DNA of 52,574 bases, counting the filler, from an uncultured virus (IMG/VR IMGVR_UViG_2049941000_000887) (lineage: Duplodnaviria; Heunggongvirae; Uroviricota; Caudoviricetes). It is 7 parts of one record of this genome, joined end to end, with 100 filler letters (N's around TTAATTAATTAA, not from the genome) between each part and the next. Parts side by side here need not be neighbours in the genome. Positions count along the whole stretch, not along the records: positions 3,931 to 28,174 come from IMGVR_UViG_2049941000_000887; 6 more parts are not named here. One strand, given 5' to 3'. Below, piece after piece: positions 9,337-18,731 of the stretch. Under the pieces are notes generated by a model. The model was not told the DNA's origin, made no database searches, and saw nothing but the letters and a program-made list of their open reading frames with translations. Positions within the stretch are counted from its first letter, which is position 1. The number at the start of each line of letters is the position of its first letter. The translations under genes were made by a program, and so were the position numbers.

Positions 9337-9431
9337 ATGACAGACATTGGCAGAGCGGCGCACACGGTGATGAAGTTCAACCCCTTCGGACTGTGCGGCG
9401 AGCATACGATCGGAGAATACACCGTCATTTA
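9337..9431 (+). CDS. 5' fragment of a hypothetical protein (full copy 12467..12679)
   Basis: Near-identical to 12467 onward, including the RBS region. Confidence 0.6.
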
Positions 9432-9441
9432 NNNNNNNNNN

Positions 9442-9559
9442 GACGGCAGAAAGATATTTGAGGGAGATATTATTGAGTATATCTTTCCGGTGACGAATAA
9501 AGCTGTAGAAAAAGAGACAGGTGTTGTGATATACGACGGTTGCGGTTTCCATATTGCTA
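9442..9559 (+). CDS. YopX-family fragment
   Basis: DGRKIFEGDII motif; bounded by gaps. Confidence 0.55.
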
Positions 9560-9569
9560 NNNNNNNNNN

Positions 9570-10761
9570 GATTGACGGCATTCTCCGGCAAGGACACAAA
9601 ATGCTCATCGCGGGGCCTTCCAAAGCGGGCAAGTCCTATGCTCTTCTGGAATTATGCTGCGCGATCGCCGAAGGGAAAGGCTGGCTTGGCTTCAACTGTG
9701 CGCAGGGAAAAGTCATGTATGTCAATCTGGAACTTGACCGCGCTTCCTGCCTTCACCGTCTGAAGGACGTTTATACACGCCTCGGCTGGAAGCCTGAGAA
9801 CGCCCACAATATTGATATGTGGCACCTGCGCGGCAAGTCCGTTCCGATGGACAAGCTTGCGCCGAAGCTCATTCGCAGGGCGGCAAAGAAGAATTACATT
9901 GCCATTATCATCGACCCGATTTACAAGGTCATCACGGGCGACGAAAACAGCGCCGACCAGATGGCGCGATTCTGCAATCAGTTTGACAAAATTTGTACGG
10001 AACTCGGCTGCGCGGTTATCTACTGCCACCATCATTCCAAGGGACTGCAGGGGCAGAAGCGCAGCATGGACAGAGCGTCCGGTTCCGGCGTCTTCGCCCG
10101 CGATCCTGACGCGCTGCTTGACCTGATCGAGCTGGAACTCAGCGAGGATATTCTGAAACAGGAGCAGAACAAAGCGGTATGTAAAATCTGTACCGATTGG
10201 CTTGACCGCTTCGGATTCTCGGAGGAATACTCGCAGGACGACGCCCTGAGCGAAAGTACCATGAAGCAGAAGTGTCGGGAGCTGCTGGAGCCGAATTCTT
10301 TCGACAGGCTGACGGAAGCCGTACTCGAGGCAGAAAAGGCCGTCCAAAGCCGGACAGCGTGGCGCGTGGAAGGCACCTTGCGCGAATTCCCGAAATTTCC
10401 TGCCATTAACGTGTGGTTTGATTATCCCATACACCGCATTGATACAGTGGGCGTTCTCGGCGATCTGCAAGCGGAATCGGAACGTCCGGTATGGCAGAAA
10501 GCGACCGACAAGCGGAAAAAGCAAGCCGAAAAAAAGAAGGAAAAGCAATCCAATGAATTTGAGATCGCGTTCAGCAATCTGGAATTTGACGGCGGCGATG
10601 TAGCGGCGGCAGATCTGGCGGAGGCTTTGGAAGTATCAGCGCATACCTTATGTACATGGCTCGGGCAAGGTAATCGTTCAAAGAAAGAATTAAAAAAAGA
10701 GTTTGAGATTTTCACAAGCGAAGACGGAAAAAGATGTGTGCGGAGGGTGGAACAGACTTAG
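9570..10761 (+). CDS. Primase/helicase C-terminal part (RecA-like AAA_25 domain + terminal HTH)
   Basis: AGPSKAGKS, YVNLEL, IIIDPIYK, HHHSKG, RASGSG. Confidence 0.9.
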
Positions 10762-10950
10762 ACAAGGTGGAACAGACCATGGTCGGTTCCAGTGCATCAG
10801 GGGTGGAACAGACCATGGTCTGTTGCCGCCGCACCACTGGTGCAACGGACCTATATATACTACGTATATATACAACGTTCCCGTTGCACCCCTTCGCAGG
10901 GGATGTGGTGTGGCGAATGCTGACGCCACACACACCACACCCCGTGCGAC
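10745..10950. repeat. Putative replication origin, variant 1
   Basis: GGTGGAACAGAC x3, GACCATGGTC palindromes, TATATATA tract, GTGTGGCG..CGCCACAC hairpin. Confidence 0.65.
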
Positions 10951-11015
10951 GGGAGGCAACTCCGCGCGAAAGAAAATCTTTAAGCGTGCTTTAGTGATTT
11001 AGTGAGGTGAAACAA

Positions 11016-11203
11016 ATGGATATTCAATTTTTCATGCCGATGAACCCGCCGACCGTTACCCAGCAGCAACACCGTGTCGGAAAAGGCAAAAATGGCAAGC
11101 CGGTGTTTTACGATTCTCCGGAGCTGCTTGACGCCAAAGCAAAGCTGACGGCATATCTGGCAAAGCATATTCCGGAGCAGCCGTTCACCGGTGCGGTGCA
11201 GCT
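11016..11203 (+). CDS. RusA-family resolvase, 5' fragment
   Basis: Near-identical to the N-terminus of 11808..12221. Confidence 0.7.
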
Positions 11204-11213
11204 NNNNNNNNNN

Positions 11214-11553
11214 ACATCGCATTGATACGGTAGGCGTTCTGGGCGATCTGCAAGCCGAATCGGAACGTCCGGTATGGCAGAGAGCCACCGTCAAGCGCAA
11301 GAAGCAAGCCGAGAAAAAGAAGGAAAAGCAATCAAACGAATTCGAGATTGCGTTCAGCAATCTGGAATTTGACGGCGGGGACGTGGCGGCGGGAGACCTT
11401 GCGGAGGCACTGGAAATCACCCCTCGGACGCTGTGCAAATGGTTCAGTCAGACCAGCCGAGGAAGGGACGATCTGAAAGAAGATTTTGAGCTTTACACGG
11501 GCGAGGACGGCAAGCGATATGTGCGAAGGGGTGTCACCGACCATGGTGCGTGA
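11214..11553 (+). CDS. Primase/helicase C-terminus, variant 2
   Basis: Matches 10432-10625, then diverges in the terminal HTH. Confidence 0.8.
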
Positions 11554-11730
11554 CACGCGCGAAACGGTGACAGGGGTGTCACGAAGGGTGTCACCGACCA
11601 TGGTGCGTGACATGACACCCATGGGTGTCACCGACCTATATATATATATATAGTCCGTGACTGTGACAGTCCCTCCATTCACAGGGATGGTGTGTGGCGA
11701 ATGCTTCCGCCACACACACACCACCCCATG
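11528..11730. repeat. Putative replication origin, variant 2
   Basis: GGTGTCACCGAC x3, GACCATGGT palindromes, (TA)n tract, same downstream hairpin as variant 1. Confidence 0.65.
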
Positions 11731-11807
11731 GAACGGAAAGGGACACCGCGCGAAAGTTTTTTAAAATAATAAAAAGCGCGATTCAGCACTTTAATTTATG
11801 AAAGTGA

Positions 11808-12221
11808 GTGATTCAAACGGAACTTGAATTTTTCATGCCGATGAACCCGCCGACGGTTACCCAGCAGCGGCACCGCGTGGGAAAAGGGAAGAATGGCAAG
11901 GTGTTCTTTTACGACCCGCCGGAGCTGCTTGACGCCAAAGCCAAGCTGGCGGCGCATCCGGCAAAGCATATTCCGGAGCAGCCCTTCACCGGCGCGGTGC
12001 GGCTCGTGGTCAAATGGTGCTTTCCGGTCAGTGGAAGCCATTCCGACGGCGAATACAAGACCACCAAGCCGGACACGGACAATCTGCAGAAGGCGCTCAA
12101 GGACATCATGACAAAGCTCCGCTTCTGGAAGGACGACGCGCTGGTCGCTTCGGAAGTGGTGGAAAAGTTCTGGGCGGATACTCCCGGCATCTGGATCGGC
12201 ATCAGGGAGATCGGACAATGA
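11808..12221 (+). CDS. rusA: RusA-family Holliday junction resolvase
   Basis: KPDTDNLQKALKD...FWKDDALV. Confidence 0.85.
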   Translation: MIQTELEFFMPMNPPTVTQQRHRVGKGKNGKVFFYDPPELLDAKAKLAAHPAKHIPEQPFTGAVRLVVKWCFPVSGSHSDGEYKTTKPDTDNLQKALKDIMTKLRFWKDDALVASEVVEKFWADTPGIWIGIREIGQ

Positions 12222-12421
12222 AGCTGCCGGAAGTAAAGCGGGTGATGTCGCTCCGGCTCCCCGTGCGGTGGAACGGCATGGAATACACCGTCACCGGCTG
12301 CACGCTCAAATTCGACAGGAAGGGCTGCAATTGGTACTACCTGCTGGAGCTGCTCGACAAGCGCACAGGACACAGCGTGATGGTAGTACCGATGGAAGAT
12401 GTGAGCGCTCAGCAGAACTGA
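12218..12421 (+). CDS. Phage hypothetical protein
   Basis: MKLPEVKR...YYLLELLD; ATGA overlap with rusA. Confidence 0.55.
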   Translation: MKLPEVKRVMSLRLPVRWNGMEYTVTGCTLKFDRKGCNWYYLLELLDKRTGHSVMVVPMEDVSAQQN

Positions 12422-12466
12422 GCTAACTGAAGACTGAAAACTGAAGAAAGGAAAGGTGTTTTTGAC

Positions 12467-12679
12467 ATGAAAGACATTGACAGAGCGGCGCACACGGTGA
12501 TGAAGTTCAATCCCTTCGGACTGTGCGGCGAGCATACGATCGGAGAATACACCGTCATTTACCATGAGGACCGGCTGTATTCCCTCAGGCGGGCGGACAC
12601 GGACATGGTTATTCTCGTCCGCGCTCGCAATCCCCATGAAGCGGTGGCGAAGGCCAGGGGGGTTTTTGAGGATGACTGA
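12467..12679 (+). CDS. Phage hypothetical protein
   Basis: AAAGG RBS; duplicated at 9337. Confidence 0.6.
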   Translation: MKDIDRAAHTVMKFNPFGLCGEHTIGEYTVIYHEDRLYSLRRADTDMVILVRARNPHEAVAKARGVFEDD

Positions 12680-13157
12680 GAAGAAATACGAGCGGGATAT
12701 TGCTTTCATCGCGGGGTTTTACGGCGAGGAACACCAGCTGATCCAGACCGCGGAGGAATGTGCCGAGCTGGCGCAGGCGGCTATCAAGATGTGCAACGCG
12801 CTCACGGCGGAGGACCATCCCGAAGCAAAACGCGACGCCCGCGCCGCTCTGATCGGGGAGATCGCCGATGTGTTGGTGATGTGCGAACAGATCGCGTACC
12901 TGGAGGACTGCGCGGACGACGTGCGCAGGGTGATGGATGAGAAAATACAGCGGCAGATCGGGAGAATCAGGGACAAGACGGAAGCCGCTGAGCAGCCTGC
13001 TCAGCCTGCTCCTCGATGGGTGGAGGACGAATACGGCTATTGTCGGTGTACCCGCTGCGGGTATGAGCATGACGCCCCGGAAACCATCACGCCCTACTGT
13101 CCGGAGTGCGGCGCGAGAATGGGCGGGATTGTGGAGGTGAGTGACGACAATGGATAA
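12672..13157 (+). CDS. MazG-like NTP pyrophosphohydrolase-fold protein with C-terminal Zn ribbon
   Basis: EECAELAQA...EIADV; CTRCG...YCPECGARM. Confidence 0.6.
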   Translation: MTEKKYERDIAFIAGFYGEEHQLIQTAEECAELAQAAIKMCNALTAEDHPEAKRDARAALIGEIADVLVMCEQIAYLEDCADDVRRVMDEKIQRQIGRIRDKTEAAEQPAQPAPRWVEDEYGYCRCTRCGYEHDAPETITPYCPECGARMGGIVEVSDDNG

Positions 13158-13286
13158 ACCGGAATTGAAGCCATGCCCGTTTTGTGGCGGGAAGGCGATC
13201 TTAACGGGTATAGAAGCAAATTATTTTGCTACGCGCTGTTTCGTAATATGCGATAATTGCCATGCTTCAAGTAAACGGTGTAAGAA
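13150..13286 (+). CDS. Lar-like (restriction alleviation) Zn-finger protein, fragment
   Basis: ELKPCPFCGGKA...ICDNC. Confidence 0.65.
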
Positions 13287-13324
13287 NNNNNNNNNNTTGA
13301 CATTCTGAAGGAGGCGAACGAGGA

Positions 13325-13636
13325 ATGACGAAAGTACAGATTATCCATCAGTTGGAAACCCTGATCGAGGACGCGGAAAGCCACCGCAATTCCGATGGGA
13401 CGCTGGATGATGTTTTTCAAAATGATGCGGAGGCGTTGCGTTACGCCATTACAGAGGCCAAGCGCGGGCTGGTGAGAGAATTCTGCCACCAATACCGGGG
13501 ATGCGATGCCTGCCCGCTTAACGTCAGCAGGAACCTGCATCACTGCGGCGGGTACGAATGGGCCGACGAAAACGGGCTTGACATGGTGATCGCGGAGATC
13601 AGGGCGCTGGGCGACGGAGGAAAAGCGGATGATTAA
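13325..13636 (+). CDS. Phage hypothetical protein (Cys-rich C-terminus)
   Basis: GGAGG upstream; C..Y.GCDACPL; overlaps the next gene. Confidence 0.55.
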   Translation: MTKVQIIHQLETLIEDAESHRNSDGTLDDVFQNDAEALRYAITEAKRGLVREFCHQYRGCDACPLNVSRNLHHCGGYEWADENGLDMVIAEIRALGDGGKADD

Positions 13637-14123
13637 GGACCTTGCACAAAGCTCTGGAGAGATCACCATTGAGGACGTCAAGGAACGCCTGCGGGCCTAT
13701 CGCAGGGCCTGCCGCCGCTGCGACGAGCTGGAACAGCGCATCGCCCGCAGGCGCGACGATATGGCCGTCCCGAGAGCGGTCAGGGCCGACTCGCTGCCCG
13801 GCGGCAGGGGAAATTCCCTCGAGGCCGCGGTGGAGAAGATCGACGGACTGGAGCGGCGGCTCCGCGCGGACGAGGAGGAGAGAGACGCGGCGCTGAAGGA
13901 CGTAAAAAAACTGATCGACGCGGTCGGGAACGGCAAAGGCTCCCGGGACGCAAAGGACATCCTCACCTGGCGCTACATCGACGGGGTGCCGTTCTCCGCC
14001 ATCTGGGAGCGGCTCTATATCTCCGACCGCTCGATGTGGCGGAAATACGATCGGGCGGTCAGGGCGATTGCCGATGTTCTCAACGCCCTCCATTCCCCCA
14101 ACGGCGAAAAAAATGAGGAATAA
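13629..14123 (+). CDS. RinA/ArpU-like late transcriptional activator, variant 1
   Basis: KERLRAYR...DILTWRYIDG..FSAI...LYISDR...RAV; followed by a TATAAT with upstream direct repeats. Confidence 0.7.
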   Translation: MIKDLAQSSGEITIEDVKERLRAYRRACRRCDELEQRIARRRDDMAVPRAVRADSLPGGRGNSLEAAVEKIDGLERRLRADEEERDAALKDVKKLIDAVGNGKGSRDAKDILTWRYIDGVPFSAIWERLYISDRSMWRKYDRAVRAIADVLNALHSPNGEKNEE

Positions 14124-14467
14124 ATCAAAAAAAATCAAAAAAAATCAAAAAAATCAAAAATTGGCAGTGAATGTCAGTGACTTATGTGTTATAATACTAT
14201 CATGGAAATTGAGCGCGATGATGCGCTCTCAAATTGACTATGACGTGCCCTTTGAGATACNNNNNNNNNNCAACCAATTAAGCGTCGGCGATAAGGTTTA
14301 TCAGACCAACGGATTCAACACTTATGAATCTACGGTCAAACATGTTCTTTACGATACGGAAAAAATTACATTTGACTCTGAAGCAATTGGACAATCGGTT
14401 TTTCTGACCAGAGAAGAAGCGGAGAAAAGGACGATGCACCTCGCCTTGGAAGAAGCGGAGAATCACG

Positions 14468-14677
14468 ATGAAAAATCATAAATGCACCTTCGGCGACCAG
14501 AACACAGAAATCACCGTCAAACTCGACGGCAGGAACGAGCTTGACCCTTGCTTATATCAGGAAATCGAAACATACGAAAACGTCACGGTTCACATTCTGC
14601 GCTGCGTCCGGTGTGGGCATATCGAGGTGGAATGGGAACGGCAGGACAACACAATCGACATAACGGAAGGAGCGTGA
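14468..14677 (+). CDS. Phage hypothetical protein
   Basis: ELDPCLYQEIE..ENVTV.ILRC.RCGH.E.EW. Confidence 0.6.
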   Translation: MKNHKCTFGDQNTEITVKLDGRNELDPCLYQEIETYENVTVHILRCVRCGHIEVEWERQDNTIDITEGA

Positions 14678-14682
14678 ACGCC

Positions 14683-15168
14683 ATGCAAAATGCATCGCAG
14701 AATGCATCGGACAATAGACACGGAGAGATGACGCCTAAAGAATATCTCAGCCAACTGTGGAAGCTCCGCGTGCTGATCGAACAGCGCAAGCGGCAGCTCG
14801 AGAGCCTGAACAGCAATAAATTTTCCTCCCATATCGAATACGGTAAAACGCCTTCCGGCAACCGCCCCACAGGTGCGCCATTCGAGAGCATTGCCATCCG
14901 GGCAGTGGATCTGAGCGTGGAAATAGCCCGTATGATCGAGGAGTACAACAGGCTGAAAAATTCCATCATCGGCATGATCCATCAGCTCGACAAACCGGAA
15001 CATATTCAGGTGCTTTATAAGCGATACGTTGAGGAAAAGCGGCTGGAAACAATCGCGCGGGAGATGAATTATGATTACGACTATATCCGCCATCTGCACG
15101 GGAAGGCGCTCCACGCCTTTGGGGCGCTGGTGAAAATAATAAAAAATATGGAAGAGGACACACAATGA
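14683..15168 (+). CDS. RinA/ArpU-like late transcriptional activator, variant 2
   Basis: MTPKEYLSQ...VLYKRYVE...IAREMNY.YDY..HLHGKAL. Confidence 0.8.
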   Translation: MQNASQNASDNRHGEMTPKEYLSQLWKLRVLIEQRKRQLESLNSNKFSSHIEYGKTPSGNRPTGAPFESIAIRAVDLSVEIARMIEEYNRLKNSIIGMIHQLDKPEHIQVLYKRYVEEKRLETIAREMNYDYDYIRHLHGKALHAFGALVKIIKNMEEDTQ

Positions 15169-15195
15169 CACATTCGCCCGTGATATAATGATAAT
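15157..15195 (+). promoter_or_regulatory. Late promoter with activator-type direct repeats (equivalent site at 14162-14195)
   Basis: GACACA-caat-GACACA then TGATATAAT with no canonical -35; variant 1 has GGCAGTGA/GTCAGTGA then TGTTATAAT. Confidence 0.55.
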
Positions 15196-15345
15196 GCAAA
15201 GGTTCTGAGTATAGATATTCCCATTTCTAAAGGCATCTCCTAGGGAGCGGCTGCTAACGCCAACAACAGCCACTCCCGGCTCCTTGATTTTGACGGATAG
15301 TTACCCTCCAATTTTAATTCTTCTCCTAATTTTTCCTCCCAAAGG

Positions 15346-15405
15346 ACAGCAAAAGCACCTGTGGCGTAAGAAATTACGAGCCGGCAGGTGTTTTTGCTGT
15401 TTTTT
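15346..15405. terminator. Long hairpin/terminator
   Basis: ACAGCAAAAGCACCTG...CAGGTGTTTTTGCTGT followed by TTTTT. Confidence 0.6.
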
Positions 15406-15436
15406 GGAATTTTTTCATACCCCCGGAGGTGACGGC

Positions 15437-16084
15437 ATGGCACACAGAGAAACCCGCAACGGCTATGAAAACTGCAATATCGGCGTATTCGCCAAGGGAT
15501 GCACCGCCGGAAAGTACGACATCCCCATCATCCGACCGCTTCACGCGCTGGACTGTAAAACCTTTATCGGCTTTGACGCAAACAGGGAGAAGCACCTCGA
15601 TAAGGGGATTCATTTCTTCCTGCATGATTACCAGTTCGAGCGCGTCTGGCGGTCGCTCGGCCATTACACCGACATTCTCAGCCGGCATCCCTGCGTATGC
15701 GCGCCGGATTTCTCCCCCTACGCCGATTTCCCGCGCATCATCCAGATTTACAACCACTACCGCAAGCACTACTGCGCGGCATACTGGCAGTTGCACGGGC
15801 TGACCGTGGTGCCGGTAATCACGTGGTCGACCCCGGAGAGCTATGATTTCTGCTTTGAAGGTGAGCCGGAAGACAGCATTGTCGCGGTGTCCTCCGTCAG
15901 CGTGATGAATTCTGCGGAAGGCAGGAAAATCTTCCTCGGCGGGTTCGCCGAGATGATGCAAAGGCTTCACCCTCGCCGGATTCTGTTCAATGGCAAGGTG
16001 CCTGACGAGCTGAAATCGCTGGAAATCATCGAGCCGATGAAGGATTCCTATCCCCGCTACAGGAAGGCGCGTGCCGATGGCTAA
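15437..16084 (+). CDS. DUF4417-family protein
   Basis: GIHFFLHDYQFERVW...PDFSPY.D.P...QIYNHYR; GGAGGT RBS; located upstream of terS. Confidence 0.8.
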   Translation: MAHRETRNGYENCNIGVFAKGCTAGKYDIPIIRPLHALDCKTFIGFDANREKHLDKGIHFFLHDYQFERVWRSLGHYTDILSRHPCVCAPDFSPYADFPRIIQIYNHYRKHYCAAYWQLHGLTVVPVITWSTPESYDFCFEGEPEDSIVAVSSVSVMNSAEGRKIFLGGFAEMMQRLHPRRILFNGKVPDELKSLEIIEPMKDSYPRYRKARADG

Positions 16085-16319
16085 GAGCAAATACGGTGTG
16101 ACGACGCTCGGCGGCTCCGGAGGAAATTCCGGGGGCGGCAGCGGAAAAAATTATGCCGGCATTGCCCGGACATTTGCCAAAGGCGGCTATCTTCCAGACG
16201 CATTGGAGCACGGCGGCGGTGAAAAATATTCCGGCAGGGGCGTGAAATCCATCTCGGATATTGCGGGTAATGATAAATCGACTGGAAACGATATTTTTAC
16301 TTCATTCAGAAAGAAATAG
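16077..16319 (+). CDS. Gly-rich small protein accompanying DUF4417
   Basis: MAKSK...GGSGGNSGGGSG; overlaps the DUF4417 stop. Confidence 0.55.
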   Translation: MAKSKYGVTTLGGSGGNSGGGSGKNYAGIARTFAKGGYLPDALEHGGGEKYSGRGVKSISDIAGNDKSTGNDIFTSFRKK

Positions 16320-16344
16320 CAGATTGAGGTGAATAATAAAAACC

Positions 16345-16509
16345 ATGCTTACGCCGAAACGCGAGAAATTCGTACAAAATTTAATAGCCGGAATGTCCCA
16401 GCGCGAGGCGTACCGCAAGGCATTCCCCAGCGCGGTCAAGTGGAAGGATTCGACGGTCGATTCCAAAGCCTCCGAACTCTTCGGAAATGATGAGATTCTG
16501 GAAAGGTAT
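16345..16509 (+). CDS. Terminase small subunit, 5' fragment
   Basis: LTPKREKFVQNLIAGMSQREAYRKAF...ASEL. Confidence 0.75.
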
Positions 16510-16519
16510 NNNNNNNNNN

Positions 16520-17396
16520 GGCGGAGTCGGAGACGACAGAAGCCCAGCGCGATTTGTCCATCAGCTACGAGCGCCTCGGCGACATCTGCACGGAACAGGG
16601 CGACCTCTCCGGCGCTAAGGTGTTTTACGAAAAATGTAGAAATATCTGCATAAAGTTGACAGAAAAAACGGAAGATATCTGGTCACAACGTGAATTGTCC
16701 GTCAGCTATATTAAACTCGGCGACATCTGCACGGAACAGGGCGACCTCTCCGGCGCTAAGGATTTTTATAATAAATCTTTGACAATTTATGAAAATCTGG
16801 CAAAGGATTCCGACGATTATCTTGCCAAACGCGCTCCAACAGTCATCTACAATCGTCTCGGCGACATCTGCACGGAACAGGGCGACCTCTCCGGCGCAAA
16901 GGACTATTATCTGAAAGCTTTGGCAATCCGCGAGCGGCTGGCGGCGGAGTCTGAGGGTACTCAGGCAAAGGATGACCTTGCAGTGTCGTACTACAAAATC
17001 GGCACATTTGAAGGAACGGATCGTAACGAGCGGATCGGTTATCTGCAAAAAGCGAAAGCAATTTGGGCTGATCTGGCTAAGGCGACAGGAATCGACGAGT
17101 ATCGCAGGAGAATGAATATAGCGGAAAGTCTGATTCATGAAGCGCAGACCTCCGCTTCATCGGAACAGGCTCCCGCTCCCGAAGCACCCGCGGAGTCTTC
17201 CGCCTCTGTTGAATCCACACCCGCTCCCGAAACACCCGCGGAATCCACACCCGCCCCCGAATCATCCCCCAAAAAATCCCACCTTGCCGGAAAAATCATC
17301 GGGGCATTGCTCGTCGCCGGAATCGTCGCGCTTGTTGCGCTGCAATTGACCGGCGTGATGGATATTCTCGGTTGGCTCAAAGGCTTATTCGGCTGA
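16520..17396 (+). CDS. C-terminal part of the TPR repeat protein: repeats, Pro/Ala/Glu/Ser linker, terminal TM helix
   Basis: Same 141-bp repeat units as 1360-2021; ESTPAPE linker; IIGALLVAGIVALVALQL hydrophobic tail. Confidence 0.8.
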
Positions 17397-17435
17397 TTGA
17401 GCTGATTCATTCCATCAACCAACCATAATTCAAAC

Positions 17436-17476
17436 AAAGCGGTGTGCCTCTCCAAACAGTTGCACACCGCTTTTTC
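17436..17476 (+). terminator. Intrinsic terminator
   Basis: AAAGCGGTGTGC...GCACACCGCTTTTT. Confidence 0.8.
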
Positions 17477-17740
17477 TGTTTCCACCTCAATAGTCCCCTA
17501 ATCTCCCCATTTCGCCAATTCGGGCAAAACAAAAAAACTCGGAACACCGTGTTTCAGGCACTTCCGATGGTTTACTGCTGGAAGGGCAGTACAAAAAAGA
17601 TGCCACTTGGTTATTGAGCAGCAAGGAAAAATAACAGAATATTCGGCAATTTTCTGTAATTGGGAGAGGGCTGATTATTGATTTTTCCATTCAATTATCT
17701 ATTTTCAACTGAGCAGTGTCTTTTATTCCAGTGAATCTTA

Positions 17741-17848
17741 TTAGTGAATAGTGAATAAAGAATGGTGAACAGTGAATAGTACAACAGCGCGGCGAAGTTT
17801 ATCGCCTTACGTTATTCACTATTCATTATTCACCATTCACTCTTCACT
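17741..17848. repeat. Inverted heptamer arrays (AGTGAAT)n / (ATTCACT)n
   Basis: tagtgaatagtgaataaagaatggtgaacagtgaatag ... tattcactattcattattcaccattcactcttcact. Confidence 0.8.
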
Positions 17849-18721
17849 TAGCGGCGTCAGCCGCGCTGTTGGTGGACGCAAACCGTCAATAAGCGAACCG
17901 TCGGGACCCCCTTCATCGGGGGATTCCGGGTTAAAATGAATCTCCGAGCTGAACAACTCTGTGTCAGACTTGCCGATATTGTAGACGATCACAATCCTGT
18001 CCTCATAGGAGAATACCTTGTAGACAAGACCTTCGATGATGTCCTTGTTGTATTCCTCGCTCGGCTCGTCTGTCTCGCGGACGAAGCGGGAAAGCAGGTA
18101 TAATATTTCGTCCTTCGGCATGACCGTGTTTTTGACGCTGGTGATCTCAATTTCATATTCGAGTTTGTCGCGCTGCTGCTCCAGCTCTTCCAGTCTGGCT
18201 TTTGTGGAACGGGTCACTATCCCCTGCTCCATCGCGGAAAGCAATCCATTGATCGCCTTCTCCGTCGCCTTGAGCTGCTGACGGAGTGTGTCGGCTTCAT
18301 CGGGGCGGCTGTCGGCTGCGCTGATCGCGGCGCAATGTTCGGCTATCAGCTCCATCATATCCGGCTGGAGAATGTTCCGCACCGTCTCATCGACCACCAG
18401 ATTCTCTATCCAGTCCTTGCGGAGCGTCTTTTGCGCGCAGTCCTTTTCAACGGGTTTGTAATAGTAGTACCGGCTGCCGTTCCTGCTCGTGCCGGAATGA
18501 CCGACCATGCCGATATCTGTGTCGCCGCAGTAGAGCTTCCCTGTCAACAGATATTCTTCCTTTGCCCGCTTCTTCTGCGGGTGCTTCCTGTTCCCTTCCA
18601 GCTTGCGCTGCACCGCTTCAAATAATTCCTTATCCACGATAGCCGGAACGCCTCCTTCCACACAGATGTCCTTGCAGATATAATATCCGATGTATTTCTT
18701 GTTACGAAGAATCGTGGTGAG
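17837..18721 (-). CDS. Large serine recombinase, C-terminal part
   Basis: ILRNKKYIG, PAIVDKELFEAVQ, YLLTGKLYCG, coiled coil, then GSLIDGLRPP end. Confidence 0.85.
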   Translation of the reverse strand, partial: LTTILRNKKYIGYYICKDICVEGGVPAIVDKELFEAVQRKLEGNRKHPQKKRAKEEYLLTGKLYCGDTDIGMVGHSGTSRNGSRYYYYKPVEKDCAQKTLRKDWIENLVVDETVRNILQPDMMELIAEHCAAISAADSRPDEADTLRQQLKATEKAINGLLSAMEQGIVTRSTKARLEELEQQRDKLEYEIEITSVKNTVMPKDEILYLLSRFVRETDEPSEEYNKDIIEGLVYKVFSYEDRIVIVYNIGKSDTELFSSEIHFNPESPDEGGPDGSLIDGLRPPTARLTPLSEE

Positions 18722-18731
18722 NNNNNNNNNN

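Noticed and set aside
14120..14160. (AAAAAAATC)n repeat as a contingency locus
   Set aside because: Short intergenic A-tract repeat upstream of a late promoter; no evidence of length variation here.
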